This document shows positions 39,526 to 47,680 of a stretch of 64,000 nt of DNA, piece after piece. The stretch's first letter is position 1; every line of letters begins with the position of its first letter. The DNA is from Dehalococcoidia bacterium (GTDB lineage Bacteria > Chloroflexota > Dehalococcoidia > Plut-88900), in NCBI GenBank assembly GCA_965207225.1, contig CBDBLV010000002.1, positions 128,001 through 192,000 on the forward strand, given 5' to 3'. Under the pieces are notes generated by a model. The model was given only the letters and a program-made list of their open reading frames with translations, was not told the origin of the DNA and did not search any database. The translations under genes were made by a program, and so were the position numbers.

Positions 39526-39816
39526 ATGGTCGAGATTCGCCAGACCGAGGTTTACGCCCGTTGGTTCAGGCGGCTTCGGGACAGGCAGGCCAGAGTGAGA
39601 ATCGACAACCGCATCAGGCGGCTGTCCCTGGGCAACCCCGGAGACGTGAGGCCGGTGGGAGAGGGAGTGTCGGAGATTCGCATCGACTACGGACCCGGCT
39701 ACCGGGTGTACTTCTCGCAGAGCGGGGAAACCCTGGTCGTCCTTCTGGCCGGAGGCGACAAGGACAGCCAGGAGCGGGACATCCGAAGGGCGTTGGAGCT
39801 AGCCAGAGGACTCTAG
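39526..39816 (+). CDS. RelE/HigB-family toxin (addiction module killer protein)
   Basis: GNPGDVRPVGEGVSEIRIDYGPGYRVY..LLAGGDK. Confidence 0.93.
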   Translation: MVEIRQTEVYARWFRRLRDRQARVRIDNRIRRLSLGNPGDVRPVGEGVSEIRIDYGPGYRVYFSQSGETLVVLLAGGDKDSQERDIRRALELARGL

Positions 39817-39825
39817 GAGGCAGCT

Positions 39826-40134
39826 ATGGCAAAGACGCAGACGAGGCCGTGGGACCCGGCGGAGCACCTTGAAACCGAGGAGGACATGGCGGCATACCTG
39901 AATGTCGCCCTGGAAGAGGACGACCTGAGCCTCATCATGGCGACCCTCGGAGACATAGCCCGCGCCCGGAGAATGGCGCTGGTGGCGCAGGAGACGGGGC
40001 TAGGCAGGGAGAGCCTGTACAAGTCTCTGTCGGCCGACGGCAACCCGGAGTTCGCCACAGTCCTGAAGGTGGTGCGCGCCCTGGGACTCAGACTTCAGGC
40101 CGCCGCAGGGCCTGGAGCGAACGACGCCGCTTGA
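39826..40134 (+). CDS. HTH antitoxin (addiction module antidote protein)
   Basis: DPAEHL..YL, LGDIARA and GLGRESLYKSLS..GNPEF. Confidence 0.93.
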   Translation: MAKTQTRPWDPAEHLETEEDMAAYLNVALEEDDLSLIMATLGDIARARRMALVAQETGLGRESLYKSLSADGNPEFATVLKVVRALGLRLQAAAGPGANDAA

Positions 40135-40196
40135 GGGTGTCGCAGGACTGGACGACACGACCGAGACACAGACGAAGCCAACCAGAGAGGATCGGC

Positions 40197-40682
40197 ATGC
40201 TTGAACCCAGAAACCAAGCTATGGGGATAGAAAGAAGAACGATGATAAACCTGGACTTTGTTAAGGAGGTGTTTGACAACTCGCCCAACAAAGCCGATGC
40301 ACCAGTTCATATGGTTACCCAAATAGTCAACTCCCTGCTGGGCTTGCTGGTCCTTCCATATGAGAGAGGTTACGCACTTCTGGAGGACGACGAAGAGTTG
40401 AAGAAACTCTATTCCCAAGGGTGGCCAAAGTGGAACATAACCAAGCGTCCGCCAATGGAACCTCGGACTTTGGGTAAGTTAGCCTGGCATCTGCGGAACG
40501 CGGCCTCACACGGCAGCTATCATTTCTCATCAGATAGTCGCGACCCGTGTCAGGTAACTATTACGGTGACGGATAAACCGATGGGGAAGAACGCACGGAT
40601 AAACTGGCGCGCAAGCATCAGAGCCGATAATCTCTACATCTTTTGCCAACGTCTCAGCGATTACATGGACCCGGCTCTCTGA
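40197..40682 (+). CDS. HEPN-family nuclease (pEK499_p136-like)
   Basis: VTQIVNSLLGLLVLPYE and the RxxxxH motif HLRNAASH. Confidence 0.75.
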   Translation: MLEPRNQAMGIERRTMINLDFVKEVFDNSPNKADAPVHMVTQIVNSLLGLLVLPYERGYALLEDDEELKKLYSQGWPKWNITKRPPMEPRTLGKLAWHLRNAASHGSYHFSSDSRDPCQVTITVTDKPMGKNARINWRASIRADNLYIFCQRLSDYMDPAL

Positions 40683-40770
40683 TGCGAGAATGAAGGTTAG
40701 ATCAGAATGTGGCAGTTTCCCAGGACTCACAGGAAACGACGCCACAACTAGGAGACTCAAGGAGGACAGC

Positions 40771-42354
40771 ATGAAGAAGAAGCACCTACAGCCACTCACG
40801 CCGGCAGCCCTCTACGCCAGGGTGTCCAGTGACCGGCAGGACGTGGACCTGTCCGTGTCCGCACAGCTTCGGGCGCTCAAGGAGTACGCGAAGGCCAACG
40901 GCTACTCCGTGGCCCGGGAGTACGTGGACGAGGCCGAGAGCGGCCGCGTCGCCGACAGGCCCCAGTTCAGGGATATGATCGAGGAGGGCGGCAAGGCCAA
41001 GGCCCCCTTCGAGGTCATCTTGGTATGGAAATTCAGCCGCTTCACCAGGAAGCGGGAGCACGCCGTGGCGTTCAAGGCCCAGCTGCGGCGCAAGGGCATC
41101 CGCGTGGTGTCCATCACCGAGCAGGCCGAGGACAACGCCACCGGCAGGCTGCTTGAGGGCATCATCGAGTCCGTGGACGAATATTACAGCGAAAATCTTG
41201 CGCAGGAGGTCGTCCGTGGCATGAGGGAGGCCGCGTCCCGGGGCTTCTTCCTCGCATCCAACGCCCCCTTCGGCTACAGGAAGATCAAGGTGCAGGACGG
41301 CCCCAAGGAGCGCCCCTCGCTTGAGGTTGACCCGGCCACGGCTCCCGTGGTGAAGGAGATATTCGAGAAGTCCCTGCGAGGCAGCGGCCTCAAGGAGCTG
41401 TGCAAGGAGCTGAACGACCGGGGCATCACCAACAGGGGAAAGCGCTGGTACAAGGGAACGCTTCACTATGTCCTGAGAAACGAGGCGTACACCGGAACCG
41501 CCGTCTGGGGAAAGACCAGCAAGGACGGACAGGCCCCGAACCCGGTGAGAGTGGAGGGAGCCTGGCCCGCGCTGGTGTCGAGGGAGCTGTTCGAGGATGT
41601 TCAGCAGGCGATGAGTGAGCGCGCCCCGAAGGTGCAGAGGCCCGGTAGAGTGGGGAGCAAATACCTGCTGAGCGGGCTGCTCAGGTGCGGGGTGTGCGGC
41701 AGGCCCTATCGCGCCCAGGGAGCCAAGAGCGGCCAGTTCGCCTACTACATCTGCAGTACCCTCCATCTAGAGGGCGCTGGGACGTGCACCGCCGACTATC
41801 TGAACGCCCCGAAGCTGGAGACCTTCGTCGTGGAGAAGATCAGGGAGCGGATACTGAACGAGGAGACCATCGTGGCCCTGGTGCAGCTTGTGGCCGAAGA
41901 GATCGACGCCATGGCCGGAGAACTATCCGGAAGGCTGGAGGTCGTTGAGGCGGAGCTGTCCGACGTACGAAAGCGTCTTGAGAAGCTCTACGAGGCCATT
42001 GAGACGAGCGAGTTGACCCTTGAGGTCCTGTCGCCCCGCATCATGTCTCTGAGGCATCGTGAGGAACAGTTGGAGGCTACAAGGGACGACGCTGAGACCC
42101 AGCTTGAGCAGAGGCGAGTGGAGCTGCCCAACACCGATGAGATAGCCCGGTACGTGGCGGACTTCCGGGAGTTCCTGAAGGACGGGACGATACCGGAGAA
42201 GAAGGTGCTCATCCGCAACTTCGTTGAGGACATCGAGGTGGAAGGAGACGAGGCGACGCTGACGTACACGGTCCCCATGCCGAGCGACGGGGCGATGTCA
42301 GAATCGGCCTCGGTTCTTGATTTTGTCAAGTCCAGCCCACCACCCCTCCATTGA
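40771..42354 (+). CDS. Large serine recombinase (island integrase)
   Basis: YARVSS catalytic Ser, ESG...RPQF, SRFTR, PFGY, zinc ribbon and coiled coil; AGGAGG RBS. Confidence 0.97.
   Translation: MKKKHLQPLTPAALYARVSSDRQDVDLSVSAQLRALKEYAKANGYSVAREYVDEAESGRVADRPQFRDMIEEGGKAKAPFEVILVWKFSRFTRKREHAVAFKAQLRRKGIRVVSITEQAEDNATGRLLEGIIESVDEYYSENLAQEVVRGMREAASRGFFLASNAPFGYRKIKVQDGPKERPSLEVDPATAPVVKEIFEKSLRGSGLKELCKELNDRGITNRGKRWYKGTLHYVLRNEAYTGTAVWGKTSKDGQAPNPVRVEGAWPALVSRELFEDVQQAMSERAPKVQRPGRVGSKYLLSGLLRCGVCGRPYRAQGAKSGQFAYYICSTLHLEGAGTCTADYLNAPKLETFVVEKIRERILNEETIVALVQLVAEEIDAMAGELSGRLEVVEAELSDVRKRLEKLYEAIETSELTLEVLSPRIMSLRHREEQLEATRDDAETQLEQRRVELPNTDEIARYVADFREFLKDGTIPEKKVLIRNFVEDIEVEGDEATLTYTVPMPSDGAMSESASVLDFVKSSPPPLH
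42312..42342 (+). other. att junction at the right end of island B, inside the recombinase 3' end
   Basis: GGTTCTTGATTTTGTCAAGTC arm followed by the CAGCCCACCA core. Confidence 0.85.
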
Positions 42355-42380
42355 CACCCCCGCCCGACCCCAACTACACT
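42351..42380 (+). promoter_or_regulatory. Sigma70 promoter of sthA
   Basis: TTGACA-N18-TACACT; the -35 box contains the recombinase stop codon. Confidence 0.6.
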
Positions 42381-42417
42381 GCCTGTGCGTACCAGGTGGT
42401 TTACTCAAGGAGTTTTC

Positions 42418-43848
42418 TTGAGCCTTTCGAGCGACAGCGGGCGGTACGACATGTTCGTCATCGGCACAGGTCCCGCTGGTCAACGCGCCGCCATCCAGGC
42501 TGCTAAGTTGGGCAAGAAAGTCGGCATCTGCGAACGCAGGGAGGTCGTCGGCGGGGTATGCATCAACACCGGCACCATCCCCTCCAAGACCTTCCGTGAA
42601 GCCGTCCTCTACCTCACCGGTTTCCGCCAGCGCGGCATCTACGGCTCTTCCTTCACCGTCAAGGAAGATATCTCCATGGCCGAAGACCTCCTCTTCCGCT
42701 GCAACCACGTCATCGTCCAGGAGACCGAGGTCATCCGCCACCAGATGCGCCGCAATCGCGTCCAGGTTCTACAGGGCGAGGGAGTGTTCGAAGGGCCTAA
42801 CACCCTTGCAGTTGTTGGCAGAAGCGGCACCGCCCGAGTCGAAGCCGACAAGATCGTCATCGCCACCGGTACCAACCCCGCACCCCTCCCCGGCTTCGAC
42901 GTCGACAGCCGCGTCATCGTCGACTCCGACGGTGTCCTCGGCCTCGACTCCATACCCCGCACCATGACCGTGGTCGGGGCCGGAGTCATCGGAATTGAAT
43001 ACGCCTCCATCTTCGCCGCCCTCGGCGCCGACGTAACCGTTGTCGAAAAGCGCTCTGGCGTCCTCGATTTCGTCGACAGGGAACTGACCGAGGCCCTCGT
43101 CTACCACATGCGCGACATGGGCTGCATCTTCCGCTTGCGCGAAGAAGTCGAGCGGGTGGAGTCCGAAAATGGCAGGGCCGTCGCTTACCTCAAGTCGGGA
43201 AAGACCATAGCCTCCGATATCCTCATGTATTCCGTTGGTCGGGTGGGCGCAACGGCAGCCCTCAACCTGGATTCCGCCGGCCTCACCTCAGACGAACGGG
43301 GCCGCATTCCCGTCGACGAACACTACCAGACCGAGCAGCCCCACATCTACGCCGTTGGAGACGTTGTGGGATTCCCCTCCCTCGCCTCTACATCCATGGA
43401 GCAGGGCAGATCAGCCGCCTGCCACGCCTTCGGCATCGAGTACCACTCCTCCCCCGACAAATTCCCATTCGGCATCTACTCCGTCCCCGAGCTTTCCATG
43501 GTCGGCGGCACCGAGCAGGCTCTCACCGATGCCGGTGTCCCCTACGAGGTTGGCCTCGCCCGGTACCGAGAGATCGCCCGGGGCAACATCCTCGGCGACG
43601 ACACAGGCATGTTGAAGCTCCTCTTCCACCGCGACACCCGGGAGCTCCTGGGCATCCACATCATCGGAGCAGAGGCCACCGAGCTTATCCACATCGGCCA
43701 GGCCGTCCTCGCCTTCCGCGGCACCCTCGACTACTTCGTCAACACCGTCTTCAACTACCCCACCCTCGCCGAGTGCTACAAAGTCGCCGCCCTCGACTGC
43801 TACAACAAGATCGGCCCCGCCCCCGTCTCCCTCGCCCACGCCAATTAG
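42418..43848 (+). CDS. sthA: Soluble pyridine nucleotide transhydrogenase
   Basis: GTGPAG, GGVCINTGTIPSK, SLASTSMEQGR and FNYPTLAECYKVAAL; TTG start after AAGGAG. Confidence 0.93.
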   Translation: MSLSSDSGRYDMFVIGTGPAGQRAAIQAAKLGKKVGICERREVVGGVCINTGTIPSKTFREAVLYLTGFRQRGIYGSSFTVKEDISMAEDLLFRCNHVIVQETEVIRHQMRRNRVQVLQGEGVFEGPNTLAVVGRSGTARVEADKIVIATGTNPAPLPGFDVDSRVIVDSDGVLGLDSIPRTMTVVGAGVIGIEYASIFAALGADVTVVEKRSGVLDFVDRELTEALVYHMRDMGCIFRLREEVERVESENGRAVAYLKSGKTIASDILMYSVGRVGATAALNLDSAGLTSDERGRIPVDEHYQTEQPHIYAVGDVVGFPSLASTSMEQGRSAACHAFGIEYHSSPDKFPFGIYSVPELSMVGGTEQALTDAGVPYEVGLARYREIARGNILGDDTGMLKLLFHRDTRELLGIHIIGAEATELIHIGQAVLAFRGTLDYFVNTVFNYPTLAECYKVAALDCYNKIGPAPVSLAHAN

Positions 43849-43854
43849 CAAACT

Positions 43855-44880
43855 TCATTTGTCTGGAGTTACGGATGTGTAAGCTATCCGGGCAATATCC
43901 TCTATTGGAAAGCTAAAGTGAATCGTTTGGCCATTGGCGCCCGCGCTCGTTATAGGCTGCACATATATGGATTGGTTACCAAGAAGGATCAGCTCAAAAC
44001 TGCAAGATTTGGCCTCGACGTTACACATCCCTGAGACGTCATCTAGCAGAGTACCAACTATTGACCTATGGAACTCAATCTCTACTTGCGGGGCATATTC
44101 CAATGTGAATCTTGCATTTGTTTCCGCGATTTCTACTGCACTAGCCGTCAATACCAACACACCCATAGAGAGGAGGATGAAAAAGAACACAAGTAGAAAT
44201 ATTCTCAGTGTTCTGGTCTTGGCAGGATTATCATCAACGCTTGATGACTCATCCCTCCATACAAATCCGGAAGAGACTATGTAGGAGCCAAGGAGGATTA
44301 GTCCTGTGCGAAAAAACTCTCGCACTCCGAGAAGCCCCGGCCACATTGGTTGAGATTGCTCTCCTAATGGAGAAAATTCAGAAAAGAAGCCTGCACCAAC
44401 CATCACTAATCCGATCAATATTGTTGCCCAATGCCAAGTCTTTGCTCTTGGTACTCTTACTAGCCAAATCACCACCCAAAGCAATGTAATACCAATGCCT
44501 AAGATGGTTACATCAGGAGAAACCAACGCGTAGTCGAGTGGGTTCAGGTAATTTTCTGATGTTGGGATGTTCAAGTTTTCATAGTACGTCAGATAATATA
44601 TGCGCCCCATAAATGTTGAGAGCGCTACAAAGAATGCAAAACTTTGAGCCAAAAGCAGCAGATGTCTTAGATTGAGTGCCCTCATGGAAGTAGTCTCAGT
44701 CTGATGTTGAGTTCCTGTACCCATTGGATCATTACGAGCATTATTGGTAGAGCGACAAGTTGGAGCTATAAGCCGGGTTAAAATAAACAGAATCCCCGCA
44801 ACATAAAGTAGACCAATTCGCCGGATATTTGCGAATAGATCATTAATTGTTTTGCCAATAGTCCCTAGGGCGTTGATCAT
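43855..44880 (-). CDS. Low-GC membrane protein (start uncertain)
   Basis: Several TM helices; visibly AT-richer than its neighbours. Confidence 0.6.
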   Translation of the reverse strand: MINALGTIGKTINDLFANIRRIGLLYVAGILFILTRLIAPTCRSTNNARNDPMGTGTQHQTETTSMRALNLRHLLLLAQSFAFFVALSTFMGRIYYLTYYENLNIPTSENYLNPLDYALVSPDVTILGIGITLLWVVIWLVRVPRAKTWHWATILIGLVMVGAGFFSEFSPLGEQSQPMWPGLLGVREFFRTGLILLGSYIVSSGFVWRDESSSVDDNPAKTRTLRIFLLVFFFILLSMGVLVLTASAVEIAETNARFTLEYAPQVEIEFHRSIVGTLLDDVSGMCNVEAKSCSFELILLGNQSIYVQPITSAGANGQTIHFSFPIEDIARIAYTSVTPDK

Positions 44881-44902
44881 TTAGATCACCACTCCCCACC
44901 CC

Positions 44903-45709
44903 CTACAACCCCCCCAACCCCCGACCCAGCTCTCTCACCAATCCCTCGTCCCCCGATACCTCCACCCGCCCCGACGCCATCGCATCCTCCATCCCAAGCC
45001 TTCCGCTTGAGAGCAGCACCAACGCCTCGCCATCGCATCGAATAGTCGCGCTCACATCCGCCGGAGCCGCGTCACCCCCGACAACCAGGTCCGGCACTTC
45101 ATTCCCATCCGTTAGCTCAAATCTGAACCGGGCCGGCCCCGTCGACGCCATACGCTCCAGCGTCATATTCCCGATAGCCAGCGCCCCCGGCAGCGACTCC
45201 GGGGCCATGTGGTAGTCGGGCTCCAGCGTGGAAAACGCGTCCCAGGCATGAATCGCCAGTTCGTTTACCACCAGGTCTACGAAGTCCGCCACGGTCATCG
45301 TACGCCACGGGTGCCAGCACGGCTTCTTGTAGTCCTCGGGCGTCAGTGAGTCCAGTAATTCAAACCCCTCCTGGTAGTTCTTGCTCAGCGCGTCCAGCAG
45401 CCCATCCCCGAGCTTCTCCCTCAGCCTGATCGCCCCCTGCGCTATCCTCACGTCCGCCGGTACATCCTCCGCCGCCGCCCGCCGGGCCCCCTCCGGCGCA
45501 TCGGATTCACCCTTCAAGCCCCGGGTCGTCATGTTCTTCTGGAACTGCACCACGAACACAACGTGCGCCACCACGTCCCCGACCTGCCACCTGTCGCACG
45601 CGCTCGCCCGATTAAAGTCCTCTGCGGACAACCCCCGCAGCCGACTCTCCAGCCGCGCAAACTCCCTCTTCGCCACCTCTATGTTCTCTCTGACCCTATC
45701 GCTAGCCAT
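44903..45709 (-). CDS. Maleylpyruvate-isomerase N-terminal (MDMPI/DinB-like) + SCP2-like protein
   Basis: SACDRWQVGDVVAH and ELAIHAWD; C-terminal GRVEVSGD. Confidence 0.85.
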   Translation of the reverse strand: MASDRVRENIEVAKREFARLESRLRGLSAEDFNRASACDRWQVGDVVAHVVFVVQFQKNMTTRGLKGESDAPEGARRAAAEDVPADVRIAQGAIRLREKLGDGLLDALSKNYQEGFELLDSLTPEDYKKPCWHPWRTMTVADFVDLVVNELAIHAWDAFSTLEPDYHMAPESLPGALAIGNMTLERMASTGPARFRFELTDGNEVPDLVVGGDAAPADVSATIRCDGEALVLLSSGRLGMEDAMASGRVEVSGDEGLVRELGRGLGGL

Positions 45710-45780
45710 GCTCTCTCCTCCACTTCAGTTTGAGCCCTGGACATCTTAACTGCGTCAGCCCTGCATATGGACTCTTTCGC

Positions 45781-45810
45781 GAGAATCCGGCCCCCGGGGG
45801 CCGGATTCTC
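45781..45810. terminator. Perfect 30-bp palindrome, probable terminator
   Basis: GAGAATCCGGCCCCC/GGGGGCCGGATTCTC downstream of the lipoprotein gene. Confidence 0.7.
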
Positions 45811-45849
45811 CTGTTTCCAGGTCGGATGCCCGACTATGGCGGGTATATC

Positions 45850-46971
45850 CTATTGAGCCGAACTTATTGCGTTCGTAAAGGCCATCTGTAACGTTTCCAG
45901 CTCTTCGTCCGTCATGCAATCGTACTGCCCCAGGCCCGCGTCCGTGATCGCAACGAACTCATCCGGGTCCATCGCCATCATGTTCTCGATGCCGGACTGG
46001 ACCAGCGCCATGTACTCCGGCTGCTCTTTCGCGAATCCCCTTAGACACTCCAGGGACTCATCGCTGAAATCGCCAAGCCCCCATTCCAGGCCCCTTACGA
46101 AGATCTCAATATTGGTCTCCGGCTCGATGCAGTGGATAACCTTGTTTGCAATCGTCACCGCCTGCAGCGGCGTGGTGGTGGCCACGGCTGCCATCTCCTC
46201 CGCCGACAGGTCCCCCATCACGCAGGCCAACTCTTCCTCTGACAGCAGCCCGACAACATCGGCCCCCGTGGCTTGGGCGTTCCGGTCTACGCCTATCCAA
46301 AGCGCTAGCGTGAACTCCTGCTTCTCCTTGTTGGACATGCAGTCGTACACCTGCAGGTTGTAGAGATTTGTTTCACTTGCGTCGGCTGTCGAATCTCCCT
46401 GATAGGCCAGTCCTAGCCTCACGTAGATAGCGTTCGGGTGTCTCCTCCCGACTTCCGTAATGCATGCCCGCGTTTCCTCTTCCCATCCCGTTGACTGGGC
46501 TTCCATGAACGCCACGCCAATGAGCACCAGGTTGTCCTCTTCGATACACCCGAATATGGGTGCTGCCGCCTCCGGACTCGCCGACGCCTGCACTATCGGA
46601 GCGTCCATCATCAACCCGAAAAATGCCTCCCCGATGGCTTCCTTGATGCAGTTTGTCTCTGCTTCGGAGAGTGACCCGAACAATTCGCTCCCAGTCGTCG
46701 TCGGCGTGATTACCAGCGTCTCCAGCGGGTTCATCGCGGCGGGTTCTTCCTCGGGCTCGGGGGCGATTGTGGGGGGAGCGGGAGCAGGGGTCGCCGTGGG
46801 TGGGACAGGTGTGGCCGCAGGGGGAACTGGTGTGGCCGTAGGCGGCGTGGGTGTCGCCGTAGGCTCGGGAGTGGCGGTGGGATCGGACCCGCAGGCCGCG
46901 ACTGCAAGCGCCAGCAACAATGTCAACGAAACAACCCACAACCACCGCTTTTTTAGCATCGACGTAATCAT
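45850..46971 (-). CDS. Lipoprotein with two Cys-rich helical repeats
   Basis: Lipobox VAAC, Pro/Thr linker, duplicated TG.....LSE.E..C...CIE...C...YDCM units. Confidence 0.85.
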   Translation of the reverse strand: MITSMLKKRWLWVVSLTLLLALAVAACGSDPTATPEPTATPTPPTATPVPPAATPVPPTATPAPAPPTIAPEPEEEPAAMNPLETLVITPTTTGSELFGSLSEAETNCIKEAIGEAFFGLMMDAPIVQASASPEAAAPIFGCIEEDNLVLIGVAFMEAQSTGWEEETRACITEVGRRHPNAIYVRLGLAYQGDSTADASETNLYNLQVYDCMSNKEKQEFTLALWIGVDRNAQATGADVVGLLSEEELACVMGDLSAEEMAAVATTTPLQAVTIANKVIHCIEPETNIEIFVRGLEWGLGDFSDESLECLRGFAKEQPEYMALVQSGIENMMAMDPDEFVAITDAGLGQYDCMTDEELETLQMAFTNAISSAQ

Positions 46972-47154
46972 CTTTAGGTCTCCTATAGCGTCAGCAAGAT
47001 ATTTTCCGCTTCCGTGAGTTTATGAAATGCCGATTGAGTGCGCAAGTGACCATGTATCAACTGTCCATGGACTTGGCCTTATAATGGTGCCGAGGCCCCA
47101 GGCTTCTACCTTGTTTACCGGTACCCGCAATAGAGCAGGAAGGCATAGGCGAAC

Positions 47155-47571
47155 ATGGAATTCTTGAAACGGATCGTAGCGATCTACCTTGTTCTGACCG
47201 CCCTGGCCGTCTTCTTCAACTTCATCCTCACCCCCGTCTACCACGACGGCTCGCCGGAATACCCGATCTGGGAGTGGATTAACTACTTCATGGCCGCGGG
47301 CGTGGTGCTGGCCCTCATCGCGAACTTCGCTAGAAAGCGCTCCTCCACCGACCCCTACGCCACCGACGCCGACGTCATGTGGGCCAACATCGCCCTGTAT
47401 GCGTCCATTGCACTGGCCATGCTCTTCTTCTGGCAGTACCTCTGGCTGATGTACCCCGAAAACGAGACAGGCGACGCCGCCCTCTCCCACACCATCTACT
47501 TCCCCCTGGTAGACGCCCTATACGTCGTCGTCACCCTGGACTCGGTGCGCTTCCTCTGGCGGAGGGAATAG
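47155..47571 (+). CDS. Small four-TM membrane protein
   Basis: Hydrophobic segments; high-GC3 codon use. Confidence 0.8.
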   Translation: MEFLKRIVAIYLVLTALAVFFNFILTPVYHDGSPEYPIWEWINYFMAAGVVLALIANFARKRSSTDPYATDADVMWANIALYASIALAMLFFWQYLWLMYPENETGDAALSHTIYFPLVDALYVVVTLDSVRFLWRRE

Positions 47572-47680
47572 GACACAGGGAATCTCCCAAATAGCCACAC
47601 GCCTGTTCCTTCTCGAAGAGGGCTCCGGCACTAATTCTGTTAATTTGGCCGGCGTCGGGTCTTAGATATCTGTCTGCACT

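Larger units (their letters stand above)
24073..42342. mobile_element. 18.3-kb serine-recombinase genomic island with defence cargo
   Basis: Bounded by att cores and inverted arms, recombinase at the right end, core gene sthA immediately beyond. Confidence 0.85.

Noticed and set aside
40786-41766. 326-aa minus-strand ORF (similar cases at 15085, 49979 and 52775)
   Set aside because: Antisense shadows of well-supported genes.
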